NCBI GenBank assembly: GCA_965248835.1
Contig: CBDFLJ010000001.1
Location: 2,112,001-2,176,000 of the forward strand
Direction of reading: 5' to 3'
Origin: Alphaproteobacteria bacterium
GTDB lineage: Bacteria > Pseudomonadota > Alphaproteobacteria > MPNO01
Length of the DNA: 64,000 nucleotides
Shown here: positions 39,007-50,384 of the stretch, in pieces
How the letters are laid out: each line of letters opens with the position of its first letter
How positions within the stretch are numbered: position 1 is the first letter of the stretch
Notes under the pieces: generated by a model
What the model was told of the DNA's origin: nothing
Databases searched by the model: none
What the model saw: the letters and a program-made list of their open reading frames with translations, nothing else
Position numbers and translations under genes: made by a program

Positions 39007-39618
39007 ATGATCTATCCGATAAGCTGGGCCCACGCTTGGCCCTATCTCGCCGCCGCGTTGGTGCTGGGCTATGCGATCGGCGCGATCCCGTTCGGGCTGC
39101 TGCTGACCCGGCTCGCCGGCCGCGGCGATATCCGCAAGATCGGCTCGGGCAATATCGGGGCGACCAACGTGCTCAGGACCGGCAGCAAGCCGCTCGCCGC
39201 GGCCACGCTCCTGCTCGACGCAGCCAAGGGGGCGGCCGCTGTCCTCCTCGCCGCGCGTTGGGGGCCCGACATCACGATCGTCGCGGCACTGGGCGCCTTT
39301 TTGGGCCACCTGTTCCCGATCTGGGTGGGTTTCCGCGGCGGCAAGGGCGTGGCAACCGCGCTCGGCATCCTGCTGGCGCTCGCCTGGCCGGCGGGGCTGC
39401 TTGCCTGCGCCACCTGGCTCGCGGTCGCCGCGGTGCTGCGCTATTCCTCGCTCTCCGCGCTGGTCGCGCTCGGGCTTGCGCCGGTATTCATGTGGCAACT
39501 GGCCGATCCGCAGCGGATGGAGTTCACGGCCCTGATGACGGTCATGGTGTGGCTGCGCCACGCGGCCAATATCCGACGCCTGCTGGCCGGGACCGAGCCA
39601 AGGATCGGCGCCGGATGA
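39007..39618 (+). CDS. plsY: Glycerol-3-phosphate acyltransferase
   Basis: [27 protein letters not shown]. Confidence 0.96.
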   Translation: MIYPISWAHAWPYLAAALVLGYAIGAIPFGLLLTRLAGRGDIRKIGSGNIGATNVLRTGSKPLAAATLLLDAAKGAAAVLLAARWGPDITIVAALGAFLGHLFPIWVGFRGGKGVATALGILLALAWPAGLLACATWLAVAAVLRYSSLSALVALGLAPVFMWQLADPQRMEFTALMTVMVWLRHAANIRRLLAGTEPRIGAG

Positions 39619-40709
39619 ACCAGGCCGAGCGCCTCGCCCGGCTCCGCCTCGCCCGCAGCGAAGGCGTCGGGCCGAGGACGTTCGCGCGGCTGATTGCACA
39701 TTGCGGCACGGCTGCCGACGCGCTGGCGGCGTTGCCGGAGATGTCGGCCAGGGGCGGCCGCAGAAAGCCGCTCCGGCCCTGCCCGGCCGAAGACGCCGCC
39801 GAGGAGATTGCCGCGGTCGAGGCCATGGGAGGCCGCTTGATGGTCCTCGGCGAGGACGACTACCCCGAAGCCCTGTCGGCGATCGCCGATCCGCCGCCGG
39901 CGCTGGCGGTGATGGGCGATGCGGGCATGCTCGGCCGGACCGTCGTCGCTGTGGTCGGCGCCCGCAACGCGTCGGCCGCCGGGCGCAAGCTCGCGCGCGG
40001 GCTGGCCCGCGACCTGGGCGCGGCCGGGGTGGTCGTCGGCTCCGGCCTGGCGCGCGGGATCGACGGGGCGGCCCACGAGGGAGCGTTGGCGACCGGGACG
40101 GTCGCCGTCATCGCCGGCGGCATCGACGTGCCCTACCCGAGAGAGCACACCGAGCTCTATCGGCGCATCGCCGAGGCCGGCGCGGTGGTTTCCGAGCACC
40201 GGCCCGGCACCGTGCCGACGGCACGCCACTTCCCGGCGCGCAACCGGCTGATCTCCGGCCTCGCGCTCGGCGTCGTGGTCGTCGAGGCGACGCTGCGGTC
40301 GGGCTCGCTGATCACCGCCAGGACGGCCAACGAACAGGGCCGCATGGTCTTTGCGGTGCCCGGTTCGCCGCTCGACCCGCGCGCCCGAGGGACCAACGAC
40401 CTGCTCCGCCAGGGCGCGGTCCTGGCGGAAGGCGCCGACGACGTCATCGCCGGCATCCGGGACATGGCGCCGGCGCCGCGCCCGGTGCCGGTCGAGGCGG
40501 CCGAAGACCGCGCCCCGGCCGCGGCCGAAATGGGCGAGGCGGCGCGCACCCTGCTCGCCACACAGCTCGGCCAAGCGCCGCTGACGGTTGACGAACTCGT
40601 TCGCGAGTGCCAATTGTCTGCCGCAACGGTGCAGACGATCCTGCTCGAGCTTGAACTGGCCGGCCGGGTCTCGCGCCAGCCGGGGAACCGAGTCTGCCTG
40701 GTAACATAA
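39615..40709 (+). CDS. dprA: DNA-processing protein DprA
   Basis: [29 protein letters not shown]. Confidence 0.96.
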   Translation: MNQAERLARLRLARSEGVGPRTFARLIAHCGTAADALAALPEMSARGGRRKPLRPCPAEDAAEEIAAVEAMGGRLMVLGEDDYPEALSAIADPPPALAVMGDAGMLGRTVVAVVGARNASAAGRKLARGLARDLGAAGVVVGSGLARGIDGAAHEGALATGTVAVIAGGIDVPYPREHTELYRRIAEAGAVVSEHRPGTVPTARHFPARNRLISGLALGVVVVEATLRSGSLITARTANEQGRMVFAVPGSPLDPRARGTNDLLRQGAVLAEGADDVIAGIRDMAPAPRPVPVEAAEDRAPAAAEMGEAARTLLATQLGQAPLTVDELVRECQLSAATVQTILLELELAGRVSRQPGNRVCLVT

Positions 40710-40781
40710 GGGAACCGAAAGGAAATTCGGTCTCCGGTTCGAGGTCCTGGCGGACCCGAGAGTGAGTGGACGCGCCGTTTC

Positions 40782-43391
40782 ATGGATGTTGTCGTCGTCG
40801 AATCGCCGGCCAAGGCGAAAACGATAAACCGGTATGTCGGCGGTGGTTACACCGTTCTGGCCAGCTACGGCCATGTGCGCGACCTGCCGCCCAAGGACGG
40901 CTCGGTCCGCCCCGAGGACGGCTTCGACATGAGCTGGCAGGTCGACGCGAAGGCCGAGAAGCATCTGTCGGCGATCGCCAAGGCGCTCAGCGGCGCGCGG
41001 CACCTCTATCTCGCCACCGATCCGGACCGCGAGGGCGAGGCGATCTCCTGGCATGTCTGCGAGGTGCTCAGCCAGCGCGCCGCGCTCAGCGGGATCGACG
41101 TCAAGCGCGTGGTCTTCCACGAGGTCACCAGAGATGCCGTCAACGAGGCGCTGCGGAACCCGCGCGACCTCGACCGCCGACTGGTCGATGCCTATCTCGC
41201 CCGCCGCGCGCTCGACTATCTGGTCGGGTTCACGCTCTCGCCGGTGCTGTGGCGCAAGCTCCCGGGCGCGCGCTCGGCCGGGCGTGTGCAATCGGTCGCG
41301 CTACGCCTGATATGCGAGCGCGAGGCCGAGATCGAGGTCTTCAGGCCGCGGGAATTCTGGTCCGTCGAGGCCGATTTCCGCACGTCGAGAGGGGATCTGC
41401 TGACCGCGCGGCTGTCTCATCTGAATGGCGAGAAACTGGACCGTTTCGATTTGGCCGACGAGGCGGCGGCACGCGCTGCGGTGGCGGCAATCGATGCCCG
41501 GACCTACCGGGTCGCCGGGATCGAGCGCAAGACCGTCCGGCGCAACCCGCAGCCGCCGTTCACGACCTCGACCCTGCAGCAGGAAGCCTCGCGCAAGCTG
41601 GGCTTCGGCGCGAGCCAGACCATGCGGGCGGCCCAGCGGCTGTATGAGGGCACAGACATCGGCGGCGAGACCGTCGGCCTGATCACGTATATGCGGACCG
41701 ACAGCGTCAACGTCGCCGCCGAGGCGCTGCGCGCCATGCGGGCGATGGTCGCGAGCCGGTACGGCGGACAATACGTCCCCGAGCGCCCGCATGCCTTTCG
41801 TTCCCGGGCGAAGAACGCCCAGGAGGCCCACGAGGCGATCCGGCCGACCGACGTCAACCGGACGCCGGAATCGGTCAGCGCGGCGTTGGGCAAGGACGAG
41901 CGCAGGCTCTACGACCTGATCTGGAAACGCGCGGTCGCTTCGGCCATGGAGCGTGCCACGCTGGAGCAGGTGGGCGTCGATGTCGCCGCGCATGACGGCG
42001 CCGTGATCCTGCGCGCGACCGGATCGATCGTCCTGTTCGACGGCTTCCTCAGACTCTACCAGGAAGGACATGACGAAGGCGCCGACGAGGACGGCAAGGA
42101 GCGGATCCTGCCGCCGGTGAACGAGAACGAGCCGTTGGACCGCATCCAGACCCAGCCCGAGCAGCATTTCACCAAGCCGCCGCCGCGGTTCACCGAGGCG
42201 AGCCTGGTGCGCCGACTGGAGGAGCTGGGGATCGGCCGCCCGTCAACCTATGCCGCGATCATCAGCGTGCTGCAGGACAGGAATTACGTCCGGCTGGAAA
42301 AGCGCGCCTTCATTCCCGAGGACCGAGGCCGGATCGTGACCGCCTTCCTGTCCGGGTTCTTCGGGCGCTACGTCCAGTACAACTTCACCGCCGACCTGGA
42401 GGACAAGCTGGATGCGGTCGCCAAGGGCGAGGTCGACTGGCGCGCCGTGATGACCGAGTTCTGGCGCGGCTTCTCGGCCGCGGTCGAGGAGACAACGGGC
42501 CTGACCATCTCCAACGTCATCGATGCGCTGGACAAGGATCTCGGCCCCCATTTCTTCCCGACCGACGGGGCCGCCGGCGCCGACCCGCGCGCCTGCCCGG
42601 CCTGCGCAGACGGCCGGACAGGCCTCAAGCTCGGCCGGCACGGCGCCTTCATCGGCTGCTCGAACTACCCCGAATGCGCCTATACCAGACCGCTGTCGGT
42701 CGATCCGGACGGCGCCGAGCCGCTGACCGGGCCGAAGGCGCTGGGCACCGACCCGCAAAGCGGAGAGACGGTCTGGCTCCGCAAGGGCCCCTACGGATTC
42801 TACGTCCAGTTGGGCGAGCCGGCCGAGAAGCAGAAGCCCAAGCGTGCCTCGCTCCTGAAATCGATGAGTCCGGCCGAGGTGAGCCTCGAGCAGGCGCTCG
42901 GGCTGCTGTCGCTGCCGCGCGAGATCGGCGCGCACCCGAGCACGGGCAAGACGATCCTCGCCGGGATCGGCCGGTTCGGACCCTATCTGCTCCACGACAG
43001 TGGATATACCTCGCTCGGGCCCGAGGAGGACGTGCTGTCGATCGGGCTCAACCGGGCGGTTGCGCTTATCGATCAGGCGCCCAAGCGGGCCGGGTCCGCG
43101 CCGCTGCGCACGCTCGGCAACCACCCCGAGGACGGCAAGCCGGTCGAGCTGCGCGACGGACGCTACGGCCCTTACGTCAAGCACGGGCGGGTCAACGCCT
43201 CGGTTCCGAAGGGCGAGGAGATCGCCGATATGAGCTTGGAACGCGCGATCGGGCTGCTGGCCGCCCGCGCGGCGAAGACGGGCAAGCCCGCCCGCCCGCC
43301 CGCCAAGTCCAGGGCGAAGGGTGGGTCCAAGGCCGCCAAACCCGGCGCGAGGCGCCGCAGGAAGGCAGATCCGGCGCCGAGCGAGGCGTGA
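40782..43391 (+). CDS. topA: DNA topoisomerase I
   Basis: VESPAKAKTI, ATDPDREGE, SAGRVQS, ITYMRTD. Confidence 0.98.
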   Translation: MDVVVVESPAKAKTINRYVGGGYTVLASYGHVRDLPPKDGSVRPEDGFDMSWQVDAKAEKHLSAIAKALSGARHLYLATDPDREGEAISWHVCEVLSQRAALSGIDVKRVVFHEVTRDAVNEALRNPRDLDRRLVDAYLARRALDYLVGFTLSPVLWRKLPGARSAGRVQSVALRLICEREAEIEVFRPREFWSVEADFRTSRGDLLTARLSHLNGEKLDRFDLADEAAARAAVAAIDARTYRVAGIERKTVRRNPQPPFTTSTLQQEASRKLGFGASQTMRAAQRLYEGTDIGGETVGLITYMRTDSVNVAAEALRAMRAMVASRYGGQYVPERPHAFRSRAKNAQEAHEAIRPTDVNRTPESVSAALGKDERRLYDLIWKRAVASAMERATLEQVGVDVAAHDGAVILRATGSIVLFDGFLRLYQEGHDEGADEDGKERILPPVNENEPLDRIQTQPEQHFTKPPPRFTEASLVRRLEELGIGRPSTYAAIISVLQDRNYVRLEKRAFIPEDRGRIVTAFLSGFFGRYVQYNFTADLEDKLDAVAKGEVDWRAVMTEFWRGFSAAVEETTGLTISNVIDALDKDLGPHFFPTDGAAGADPRACPACADGRTGLKLGRHGAFIGCSNYPECAYTRPLSVDPDGAEPLTGPKALGTDPQSGETVWLRKGPYGFYVQLGEPAEKQKPKRASLLKSMSPAEVSLEQALGLLSLPREIGAHPSTGKTILAGIGRFGPYLLHDSGYTSLGPEEDVLSIGLNRAVALIDQAPKRAGSAPLRTLGNHPEDGKPVELRDGRYGPYVKHGRVNASVPKGEEIADMSLERAIGLLAARAAKTGKPARPPAKSRAKGGSKAAKPGARRRRKADPAPSEA

Positions 43392-45394
43392 GCGGGGGCA
43401 GGACCCGCGGCCGTCAGAAGGGTCCCGGGACCAAGGGCCTGCCGCCGGTCGGCGTCATCCAAATCCTCAGCATCGATTCGGACGGCTTTGCCCGGGCGCG
43501 CCCTGCGCGCTGGCCCGAGGGCGCGCCGTGTCCGGAGATCCGGCTGGAGCCCGACGGCAGGCCGGGCCGGGCCGTCGGCGCCGGCGACCGGGTGCTGGCG
43601 AAGCTGAACCGGGATCGGTCGGGCGGCTATCTGGCCAAGACCATCCGCCGGCTGCCTGCCGAGCGGCCGAACACGGTGCTCGGCATATTCGAGATCGTCG
43701 ACGGCAAGGGCCGGCTGCGGCCGACCAACCGGCGGGTCAAGTCGGAGTTCCGCATCACCCGGCGCGACGACAAGGGCGCCCGGCCGGGCGAACTGGTGCG
43801 CGCCGAGGTGCGGCCGTCCGACCGTGCCGGTTTGCCGGAAGCCCGGGTGCTCGAACGGCTGGGCGGCGGCGAGCCCTGGCGGACCGCAAGCCTGATCGCG
43901 ATCGAAGAGCATGGCATCCCCGACCGGTTCTCCCCGGCGGCCCTGGGCGAGGCCGGGGCGGCGGACGCGGCACCGTTGGGTCTGCGCGAGGATCTCCGCG
44001 CGGTCCCGCTGATGACCATCGACGACGAGACCGCGCGCGATTTCGACGACGCGGTCTGGGCCGAGCCCGATCCGGACCCGGCCAACGCCGGCGGCTTTCA
44101 CCTGATCATCGCCATCGCCGACGTGGCCTGGTACGTCCGCCCACGCTCGGCACTGGACGCCGATGCGCGCGTGCGCGGCAATTCGGTCTACTTTCCCGAT
44201 CGCGCGGTCCCGATGCTGCCGGCCGCGCTGTCGAACGGCTGGTGCTCGCTCAAGCCCGGCGAGGACCGGCCCTGCCTCGCCGTCCACATCCGCATCGACG
44301 CACACGGCAACAAGCGCAGCCACCGTTTCGTGCGGGCGATGATGCGTTCGGCTGCACGCCAGACCTATGAGGGGGTGCAGGCTGCGATCGCCGGCGACGG
44401 CGCGGTCGCGCTGAACGGGGAGATCGCCGCGCTGTCGGCCGCCTATGCCGCGCTGGCCGGCGCCCGGGACCGGCGCGGCACGCTGGAACTCGATATCCCT
44501 GAACGGCGGATCCGCATGGGTGCGGACGGACGCGTCGCCGGGATCGAATACCGCCAGACCCTGACCGCGCACCGGCTGATCGAGGCGTTCATGATCGCCG
44601 CCAACGTGGCCGCGGCCGAGACTCTGGAGGCGCGCAGCGCCCGGTGCATCTATCGCGTGCACGAGGCGCCCGACGCCGCCCGGGTGGAGGCGCTGCGCGA
44701 GCTGTTGAGCACGTTCGGTCTGCGGCTGCCGCGCGGCCAGATTCTGCAACCGCGCCACTTCAACGCCCTGCTCGAACGGGCGGCGTCGACCGGGTCTGCC
44801 GAACTGCTGCACGAAGCGGTCCTGAGAACACAGGCTCAGGCGGCCTACGGTGTCGATAATCTCGGCCATTTCGGCCTGGCGCTGCCACGCTACTGCCATT
44901 TCACATCGCCCATCCGGCGCTATGCCGATCTGCTGGTCCATCGCGCGCTGATCAGCGCGCTGAAGCTCGGCGAAGGCGGGCTGGGGGACGGCGAAGACCA
45001 CACGCTGGATGAGGTGGCGCGCCACGTCTCGACGACGGAGCGGCGCGCGACGGCGGCCGAGCGCGAGGCGGTCGACCGGTTGTGCGCGAGCTATCTCACC
45101 GACCGGATCGGGGCCATCATGCCGGCCCGCATCAGCGGCATCACGAAGGCGGGCCTGTTCGTCCGACTCCACGAGGCCGGAGCCGATGCGCTGGTTCCGC
45201 TTTCGATGTTGCCGGTCCGCCCCGCGCGGGTGGATCCGAACGGGTTTCGGCTGACCGACAGACGCGGCCGCACGTCCTTCCAGCTCGGCGAGACGCTGGA
45301 GGTACGGGTGCTCGAAGTCGACACCACGACGGGCTCGATCCTGTGCGCGCCCGCGGCGTTCGACCAAAAGCCGATGGGCAAACGGCAGCGTTGA
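43388..45394 (+). CDS. rnr: Ribonuclease R
   Basis: TIDDETARDFDDAV, HFTSPIRRYADL, C-terminal S1 domain; GTGA overlap with topA. Confidence 0.94.
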   Translation: MSGGRTRGRQKGPGTKGLPPVGVIQILSIDSDGFARARPARWPEGAPCPEIRLEPDGRPGRAVGAGDRVLAKLNRDRSGGYLAKTIRRLPAERPNTVLGIFEIVDGKGRLRPTNRRVKSEFRITRRDDKGARPGELVRAEVRPSDRAGLPEARVLERLGGGEPWRTASLIAIEEHGIPDRFSPAALGEAGAADAAPLGLREDLRAVPLMTIDDETARDFDDAVWAEPDPDPANAGGFHLIIAIADVAWYVRPRSALDADARVRGNSVYFPDRAVPMLPAALSNGWCSLKPGEDRPCLAVHIRIDAHGNKRSHRFVRAMMRSAARQTYEGVQAAIAGDGAVALNGEIAALSAAYAALAGARDRRGTLELDIPERRIRMGADGRVAGIEYRQTLTAHRLIEAFMIAANVAAAETLEARSARCIYRVHEAPDAARVEALRELLSTFGLRLPRGQILQPRHFNALLERAASTGSAELLHEAVLRTQAQAAYGVDNLGHFGLALPRYCHFTSPIRRYADLLVHRALISALKLGEGGLGDGEDHTLDEVARHVSTTERRATAAEREAVDRLCASYLTDRIGAIMPARISGITKAGLFVRLHEAGADALVPLSMLPVRPARVDPNGFRLTDRRGRTSFQLGETLEVRVLEVDTTTGSILCAPAAFDQKPMGKRQR

Positions 45395-45437
45395 CGTTTA
45401 TGGTTGTTCGTGCGGCCGGCAGGGCCGCCGCAGGTGG

Positions 45438-47060
45438 ATGAGAACCGATCGGATTCGCCCGTTCCGGTCGTACGGGCGCGAGCCCGAGGTGCGCCGCGTG
45501 ACCCCACCCCCGACCCGATCGATATGTGCGACTTGCCTCGTCCTGGCCGCGTTCGGCTGCACCGCCCCGCCGGAGGGGTCCTACCCGAACGCCTCTCCGC
45601 GGGAGGTTCTCCAGGCGAGCTATCAGAACCTGTCGTCCCGCTATATCGATCCGGTCGACTTGAAGGCGATCAGCCTGGCCGGTTTGAACCGGCTGCATCG
45701 GATCGATTCGAACCTCGATTTCGTCCACCGGCGCGGCACGATCGCGCTCATGGCGAACGCGGTGCGCGCCGGAAGCTGGCCCACCCCGCGCAGTCACGAT
45801 CCGCAGGGCTGGGCCGATATGGTGGCCGATGCAATGCAAGCCGCGCGCATCGCCTCGCCGGCAGTCGCCATTCATTCGGACGCCGCATTGTCCAACAAAA
45901 TCCTGCGCGGGGTGATGTCGTCCTTCGACCGTTATACCCGTTATGCCGGACCGGGCCTCGCCCGGCGCCAGAGGGCCTCGCGCGAAGGCTTCGGCGGGCT
46001 CGGCATCTCGGTCGACCAAGATGACGGGATCATCTCGGTACGGCAGGTGCACGAGAACACGCCGGCCAGCCGTGCAGGCCTGCGCAGCGGCGACCGTATC
46101 ACCCATGTCGACGGCAAGCCGGTCACCGGCATGGCCCGCGCCAAGGTGATCGCGTTGCTGCGCGGACCCATCGGCTCGTCGGTGAGACTGGAGATCGCCC
46201 GGGCAGCCGGACCGCGCACCCTCACGATCGAGATCAAGCGCGCGCTGATCGTCGCTCCGACCGTCACCTCGCGCCGCCAGGAGGGCCTGCTGATCATCAA
46301 GGTCACGGGGTTCAACCAGGGGACCGCCGGGTCGATAAGCGAAACCCTTTCGGGCGCCGAGCGCGACATGGGCCGAAGGCTGGGCGGTATCGTCCTCGAC
46401 TTGAGGGGTAATCCGGGCGGGCTGCTCGACCAGGCGGTCGCGGTCGCCGACCTGTTCCTCGACGACGGCCCGGTGATCTCGACTGTCGGCCGGCACCCCT
46501 ACAGCTTCCAGGTCTTCGATGCGACCTGGGGGAAGGCGGTCGCCGAGGTTCCCCTGGCCCTGCTGATCAACGGCAAGTCGGCTTCGGCCTCGGAGATCGT
46601 CGCGGTGGCCCTGCGCGACCGCGGCCGCGCCGTGGTGATCGGCTCGGCTTCTTACGGCAAGGGAACGGTGCAGACAATCATCCGCCTGCCCAATGACGGC
46701 GAGCTCGCCATGACCTGGGCGAGGATGAAGGCGCCGTCGGGCTTCGCCATCCAGGACCACGGGATCATTCCGGCAATCTGCACCAGCGGCCAAGGCGTGA
46801 CCAAGCTGCTGCGCGCTCTGCGCCGGGACGACGACGCCCGGCTCGCCATGATCGACCGCCGGCTCCGTGCCCGGCGGTCGCACCGGCGCAACCCCGACCT
46901 CGCCCGGGCGGCCTGCCCGCCGCGGGTCGAACAGCCTGAGGCCGACATGGAGATTGCCCGGTTCGTGCTGCGCGACCGCAAGCTCTATAACCATGCGCTG
47001 GTCGCCGGCCGGCCGGCGGTCGCGGGCCGTGACAATGCCAGCGCCGCCGCGCGCCCTTGA
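45438..47060 (+). CDS. ctpA: S41 family C-terminal processing peptidase with PDZ domain; start uncertain
   Basis: GFGGLGI, LDLRGNPGG, SASASE, SYGKG; possible lipobox AFGC. Confidence 0.88.
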   Translation: MRTDRIRPFRSYGREPEVRRVTPPPTRSICATCLVLAAFGCTAPPEGSYPNASPREVLQASYQNLSSRYIDPVDLKAISLAGLNRLHRIDSNLDFVHRRGTIALMANAVRAGSWPTPRSHDPQGWADMVADAMQAARIASPAVAIHSDAALSNKILRGVMSSFDRYTRYAGPGLARRQRASREGFGGLGISVDQDDGIISVRQVHENTPASRAGLRSGDRITHVDGKPVTGMARAKVIALLRGPIGSSVRLEIARAAGPRTLTIEIKRALIVAPTVTSRRQEGLLIIKVTGFNQGTAGSISETLSGAERDMGRRLGGIVLDLRGNPGGLLDQAVAVADLFLDDGPVISTVGRHPYSFQVFDATWGKAVAEVPLALLINGKSASASEIVAVALRDRGRAVVIGSASYGKGTVQTIIRLPNDGELAMTWARMKAPSGFAIQDHGIIPAICTSGQGVTKLLRALRRDDDARLAMIDRRLRARRSHRRNPDLARAACPPRVEQPEADMEIARFVLRDRKLYNHALVAGRPAVAGRDNASAAARP

Positions 47061-47084
47061 CAGAGTCATCCCGGCCCTTATCTT
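47057..47084 (+). promoter_or_regulatory. Sigma70 promoter for rpmG overlapping the ctpA stop
   Basis: TTGACA-N16-TATCTT with a GANTC site in the spacer. Confidence 0.55.
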
Positions 47085-47114
47085 CCGGGTCTACCGGAGC
47101 ATGATGGAAGACCC

Positions 47115-47282
47115 ATGGCCAAACCAACCACGACCCTGATCAAGCTCGTCAGCAGTGCCGATACCGGCTACTTCTACGTCGCCAAGAAGAACACCCGAAC
47201 CACGACCGACAAGCTCGAGTTCCGCAAGTACGACCCGATCGCCCGCAAGCACGTGGTCTTCAAGGAATCGAGGATCAAGTAA
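47115..47282 (+). CDS. rpmG: 50S ribosomal protein L33 (absent from the ORF track)
   Basis: [26 protein letters not shown]...[18 protein letters not shown], 55 aa. Confidence 0.97.
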   Translation: MAKPTTTLIKLVSSADTGYFYVAKKNTRTTTDKLEFRKYDPIARKHVVFKESRIK

Positions 47283-49068
47283 CCGGCGCCGCGCCGGCCG
47301 GCGGCGAGTCGACGCGTATCGACAGCTCGCGCAGGCGATCCTCTGCGACGGGTGCCGGCGCCTGCATCATCAGATCCTGGGCCTGCTGGTTCAAGGGGAA
47401 CAGGGTGACCTCGCGGATGTTGGGCTCATCGGCCAGCAGCATCACCATGCGGTCGATGCCCGGCGCCGAGCCGCCATGCGGCGGCGCACCGAACTTCAAC
47501 GCATTCAGCATGCCGCCAAACCGCTGCTCGACCTCCTCGCGGCGGTAGCCGGCGACCTCGAAGGCCTTGTACATGATGTCCGGTCGGTGGTTGCGGATCG
47601 CCCCGCTGGACAGCTCGACTCCGTTGCAGACGATGTCGTACTGATAGGCCATCACATCCAGGGGATCTTGGGTTTCCAGCGCTTCGAGACCGCCCTGCGG
47701 CATCGAGAACGGGTTGTGGCTGAACTGGATCCGGCCGGTGGCCTCGTCGCGTTCGTACATCGGGTAGTCGGTGATCCAGCAGAATTCGAACCGGTCGGCG
47801 GCGATCAGGCCGAGCTCCTCGCCGATCCGCGTGCGCGCCAACCCGGCCAGCCGGGCCGCACCCTCGGCCTTGTCGCAGGCAAAGAACACCGCATCGCCGT
47901 CGCCCACACTGGCCCGGTTGCGCAGCGCCGCCATCCGGTCCTCGTCGAGGAACCGGGCGATCGGGCCCTTCGCCTGGCCGCCTTCGAAGATGATGTAGCC
48001 CAGCCCGCCCGCGCCCTGCTCGCGCGCCCAGTCGTTGAGCTTGTCGAAGAAGCTGCGCGGTTGGGACGCGGCACCGGGCGCGGGAATCGCCCGGACCACC
48101 GCCCCGGTCTCGATCGGGCGCGCGAAGATCTTGAACGCCGTGCCGCACCAGACGTCGGTAGCGTCGGCGATTTCCAGCGGGTTGCGCAGGTCCGGCTTGT
48201 CGGTGCCATAGCGCAACATGGCATCGGCGAAGGCGATGCGCCGGAACGGCGCGGGCGAGACCGCCCGGCCTTCGGCGAACTCCTCGAAGAGACCGCCGAG
48301 CACCGGCTCGATGGCGGCGAACACGTCGTCCTGGGTGACGAAGGACATCTCGACATCGAGCTGGTAGAACTCGCCCGGCGAGCGGTCCGCGCGCGCATCC
48401 TCGTCACGGAAGCACGGCGCGATCTGGAAATAGCGATCGAAGCCCGCGACCATGATGAGCTGCTTGAACTGCTGCGGCGCCTGGGGCAAGGCGTAGAACC
48501 GGCCGGGGTGAAGCCGGCTCGGCACGAGAAAGTCGCGCGCACCCTCCGGACTGGCCGCGGTCAGGATCGGCGTCTGGAACTCGGTGAAGCCGGATGCGGT
48601 CATCCGGCGTCGGATCGATTGGATCACCGAGCTGCGCAGCATGATGTTGCGCTGCATCTTCTCCCGCCGCAGGTCGAGGAAACGGTATTTGAGCCTGACC
48701 TCCTCGCCGTAATCGCGGTCGCTGTTGACTTCGAGCGGCAACGTCTCGGCCGGCGCCTGCAGGGTGAAGACCTCGATCGACAGCTCGACCTCGCCGGTAG
48801 GCAGGTCGGGATTGACCGTGTCCGCACTGCGCGGCACGACCGGGCCGGTCACCGTGATCACCGCCTCGAGTCGGGCCGCCTCGACCGCTTTGAAGCTCGG
48901 GCTGTCGGACTCGATCACGCACTGGGTGACGCCGAACTGGTCCCTCAGATCGATGAACAGCAGGTTCCCGTGGTCTCGCTTGCGGTGAACCCAGCCCGAC
49001 AGCCGCGCGGTCTGGCCCTGGTGCCCGAGCCTCAACTCACCGCAGGTGTGCGTGCGATAGGCATGCAT
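47275..49068 (-). CDS. aspS: Aspartate--tRNA ligase (probably non-discriminating)
   Basis: [29 protein letters not shown]. Confidence 0.97.
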   Translation of the reverse strand: MHAYRTHTCGELRLGHQGQTARLSGWVHRKRDHGNLLFIDLRDQFGVTQCVIESDSPSFKAVEAARLEAVITVTGPVVPRSADTVNPDLPTGEVELSIEVFTLQAPAETLPLEVNSDRDYGEEVRLKYRFLDLRREKMQRNIMLRSSVIQSIRRRMTASGFTEFQTPILTAASPEGARDFLVPSRLHPGRFYALPQAPQQFKQLIMVAGFDRYFQIAPCFRDEDARADRSPGEFYQLDVEMSFVTQDDVFAAIEPVLGGLFEEFAEGRAVSPAPFRRIAFADAMLRYGTDKPDLRNPLEIADATDVWCGTAFKIFARPIETGAVVRAIPAPGAASQPRSFFDKLNDWAREQGAGGLGYIIFEGGQAKGPIARFLDEDRMAALRNRASVGDGDAVFFACDKAEGAARLAGLARTRIGEELGLIAADRFEFCWITDYPMYERDEATGRIQFSHNPFSMPQGGLEALETQDPLDVMAYQYDIVCNGVELSSGAIRNHRPDIMYKAFEVAGYRREEVEQRFGGMLNALKFGAPPHGGSAPGIDRMVMLLADEPNIREVTLFPLNQQAQDLMMQAPAPVAEDRLRELSIRVDSPPAGAAPVT

Positions 49069-49229
49069 CGGTCTGCCTCTGTCGATCGATCTTGGGACGG
49101 CCTCGCGATGGGGTACGGGTCTGCCGCGAGGCGGGCGCAAAAGCGCATGGGCGGCTGGTTTTGTCAAGCAAACCGGGGCCTTGCTGCGCGCGCTTTTCGG
49201 GTCGGGGCAAACCGTGTATAGACCGCGCC

Positions 49230-50384
49230 ATGGACGTCATCGTCGACACCGATACACTCAGCGCTTTCTGTCATCGGGTCGGTGAATCGGACTACGTCAC
49301 CGTCGATACGGAGTTCATCCGCGACAAGACCTTCTGGCCGCTTCTGTGCCTGGTCCAGGTCGCCGGACCCGAAGAGGCCGTAGCGATCGACGCGCTGTCG
49401 AAGACGATCGACCTGGCGCCGCTTTTTGTGCTGATGAACGACCCCCGCGTGCTCAAGGTCTTCCATGCTGCGCGCCAGGATGTGGAGATTTTCTACCATC
49501 TCGACGGGCGCGTGCCGGCGCCGCTGTTCGACACCCAGGTCGCCGCCATGGTGTGCGGCTTCGGCGAATCGGTCGGCTACGACCGGCTGGTCTCCAAACT
49601 TGCCCGTGCCACGATCGACAAGTCCCAGCGCTTCACCGACTGGTCCCGCCGGCCGCTGAGCAAGAAGCTGATCAACTACGCGATCTCGGACGTCACCCAT
49701 CTCCGCGTAGTCTACGAAAAGCTGTCGGCCCAGCTCTCAGGCAACCGCCGGGCCGGATGGCTGTCGGAGGAGATGGCGACGCTGACCGACCCGGCGACCT
49801 ACCGCCAGGCGCCCGAGGATGCCTGGCGGCGGGTCAAGAACCGGTTGCACAAACCGCGCCACATCGCGATCTTTCGCCGCCTGGCCGCCTGGCGCGAGGC
49901 GGAGGCGCAGCGTCGCGACGTGCCGCGCAACCGGATCCTGCGGGACGAGGCGCTGTGCGAGATCGCCGCACGCGAGCCGCGGACCACACAGGATCTGTCG
50001 CTGTTGCGCGCGCCGGGCCGCGAGCGGATCAGTCATCAGACGGCGCAGGCGGTCATCGACATCGTCGCCGAGGTCTGCGCGGCCCCGCCCTCGACCTATC
50101 CCGAGGCCAAGCCGGTTGCCCCGCCGGCCAATCACATCGGGCCGACCGCCGATCTGCTCAAGGTTCTGCTCAAGATGCGCTGTGAGGAGTACTGCGTCGC
50201 CCAGAAGCTCATCGCCACGGTCGGTGACGTCGAGGCGATCGCCGCCAATGACAAGGCCGATGTCGCGGCGCTGTACGGCTGGCGGCGCGAGATCTTCGGC
50301 AAGGATGCGCTCGCGCTCAAGCACGGCCGGATTGCGCTGACTATCGACGACGGCGATCTCAGAATCATTCGCCGTGAGCGCTGA
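49230..50384 (+). CDS. rnd: Ribonuclease D
   Basis: [32 protein letters not shown] domain. Confidence 0.96.
   Translation: MDVIVDTDTLSAFCHRVGESDYVTVDTEFIRDKTFWPLLCLVQVAGPEEAVAIDALSKTIDLAPLFVLMNDPRVLKVFHAARQDVEIFYHLDGRVPAPLFDTQVAAMVCGFGESVGYDRLVSKLARATIDKSQRFTDWSRRPLSKKLINYAISDVTHLRVVYEKLSAQLSGNRRAGWLSEEMATLTDPATYRQAPEDAWRRVKNRLHKPRHIAIFRRLAAWREAEAQRRDVPRNRILRDEALCEIAAREPRTTQDLSLLRAPGRERISHQTAQAVIDIVAEVCAAPPSTYPEAKPVAPPANHIGPTADLLKVLLKMRCEEYCVAQKLIATVGDVEAIAANDKADVAALYGWRREIFGKDALALKHGRIALTIDDGDLRIIRRER

Noticed and set aside
47275-47282. Tail-to-tail overlap of rpmG and aspS
   Set aside because: 8-nt convergent overlaps are common in compact genomes; no evidence of a regulatory role
43172-49221. 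Long antisense ORFs (43172-45367, 45141-47069, 47155-49221)
   Set aside because: Mirror frames of rnr, ctpA and aspS with no motifs of their own
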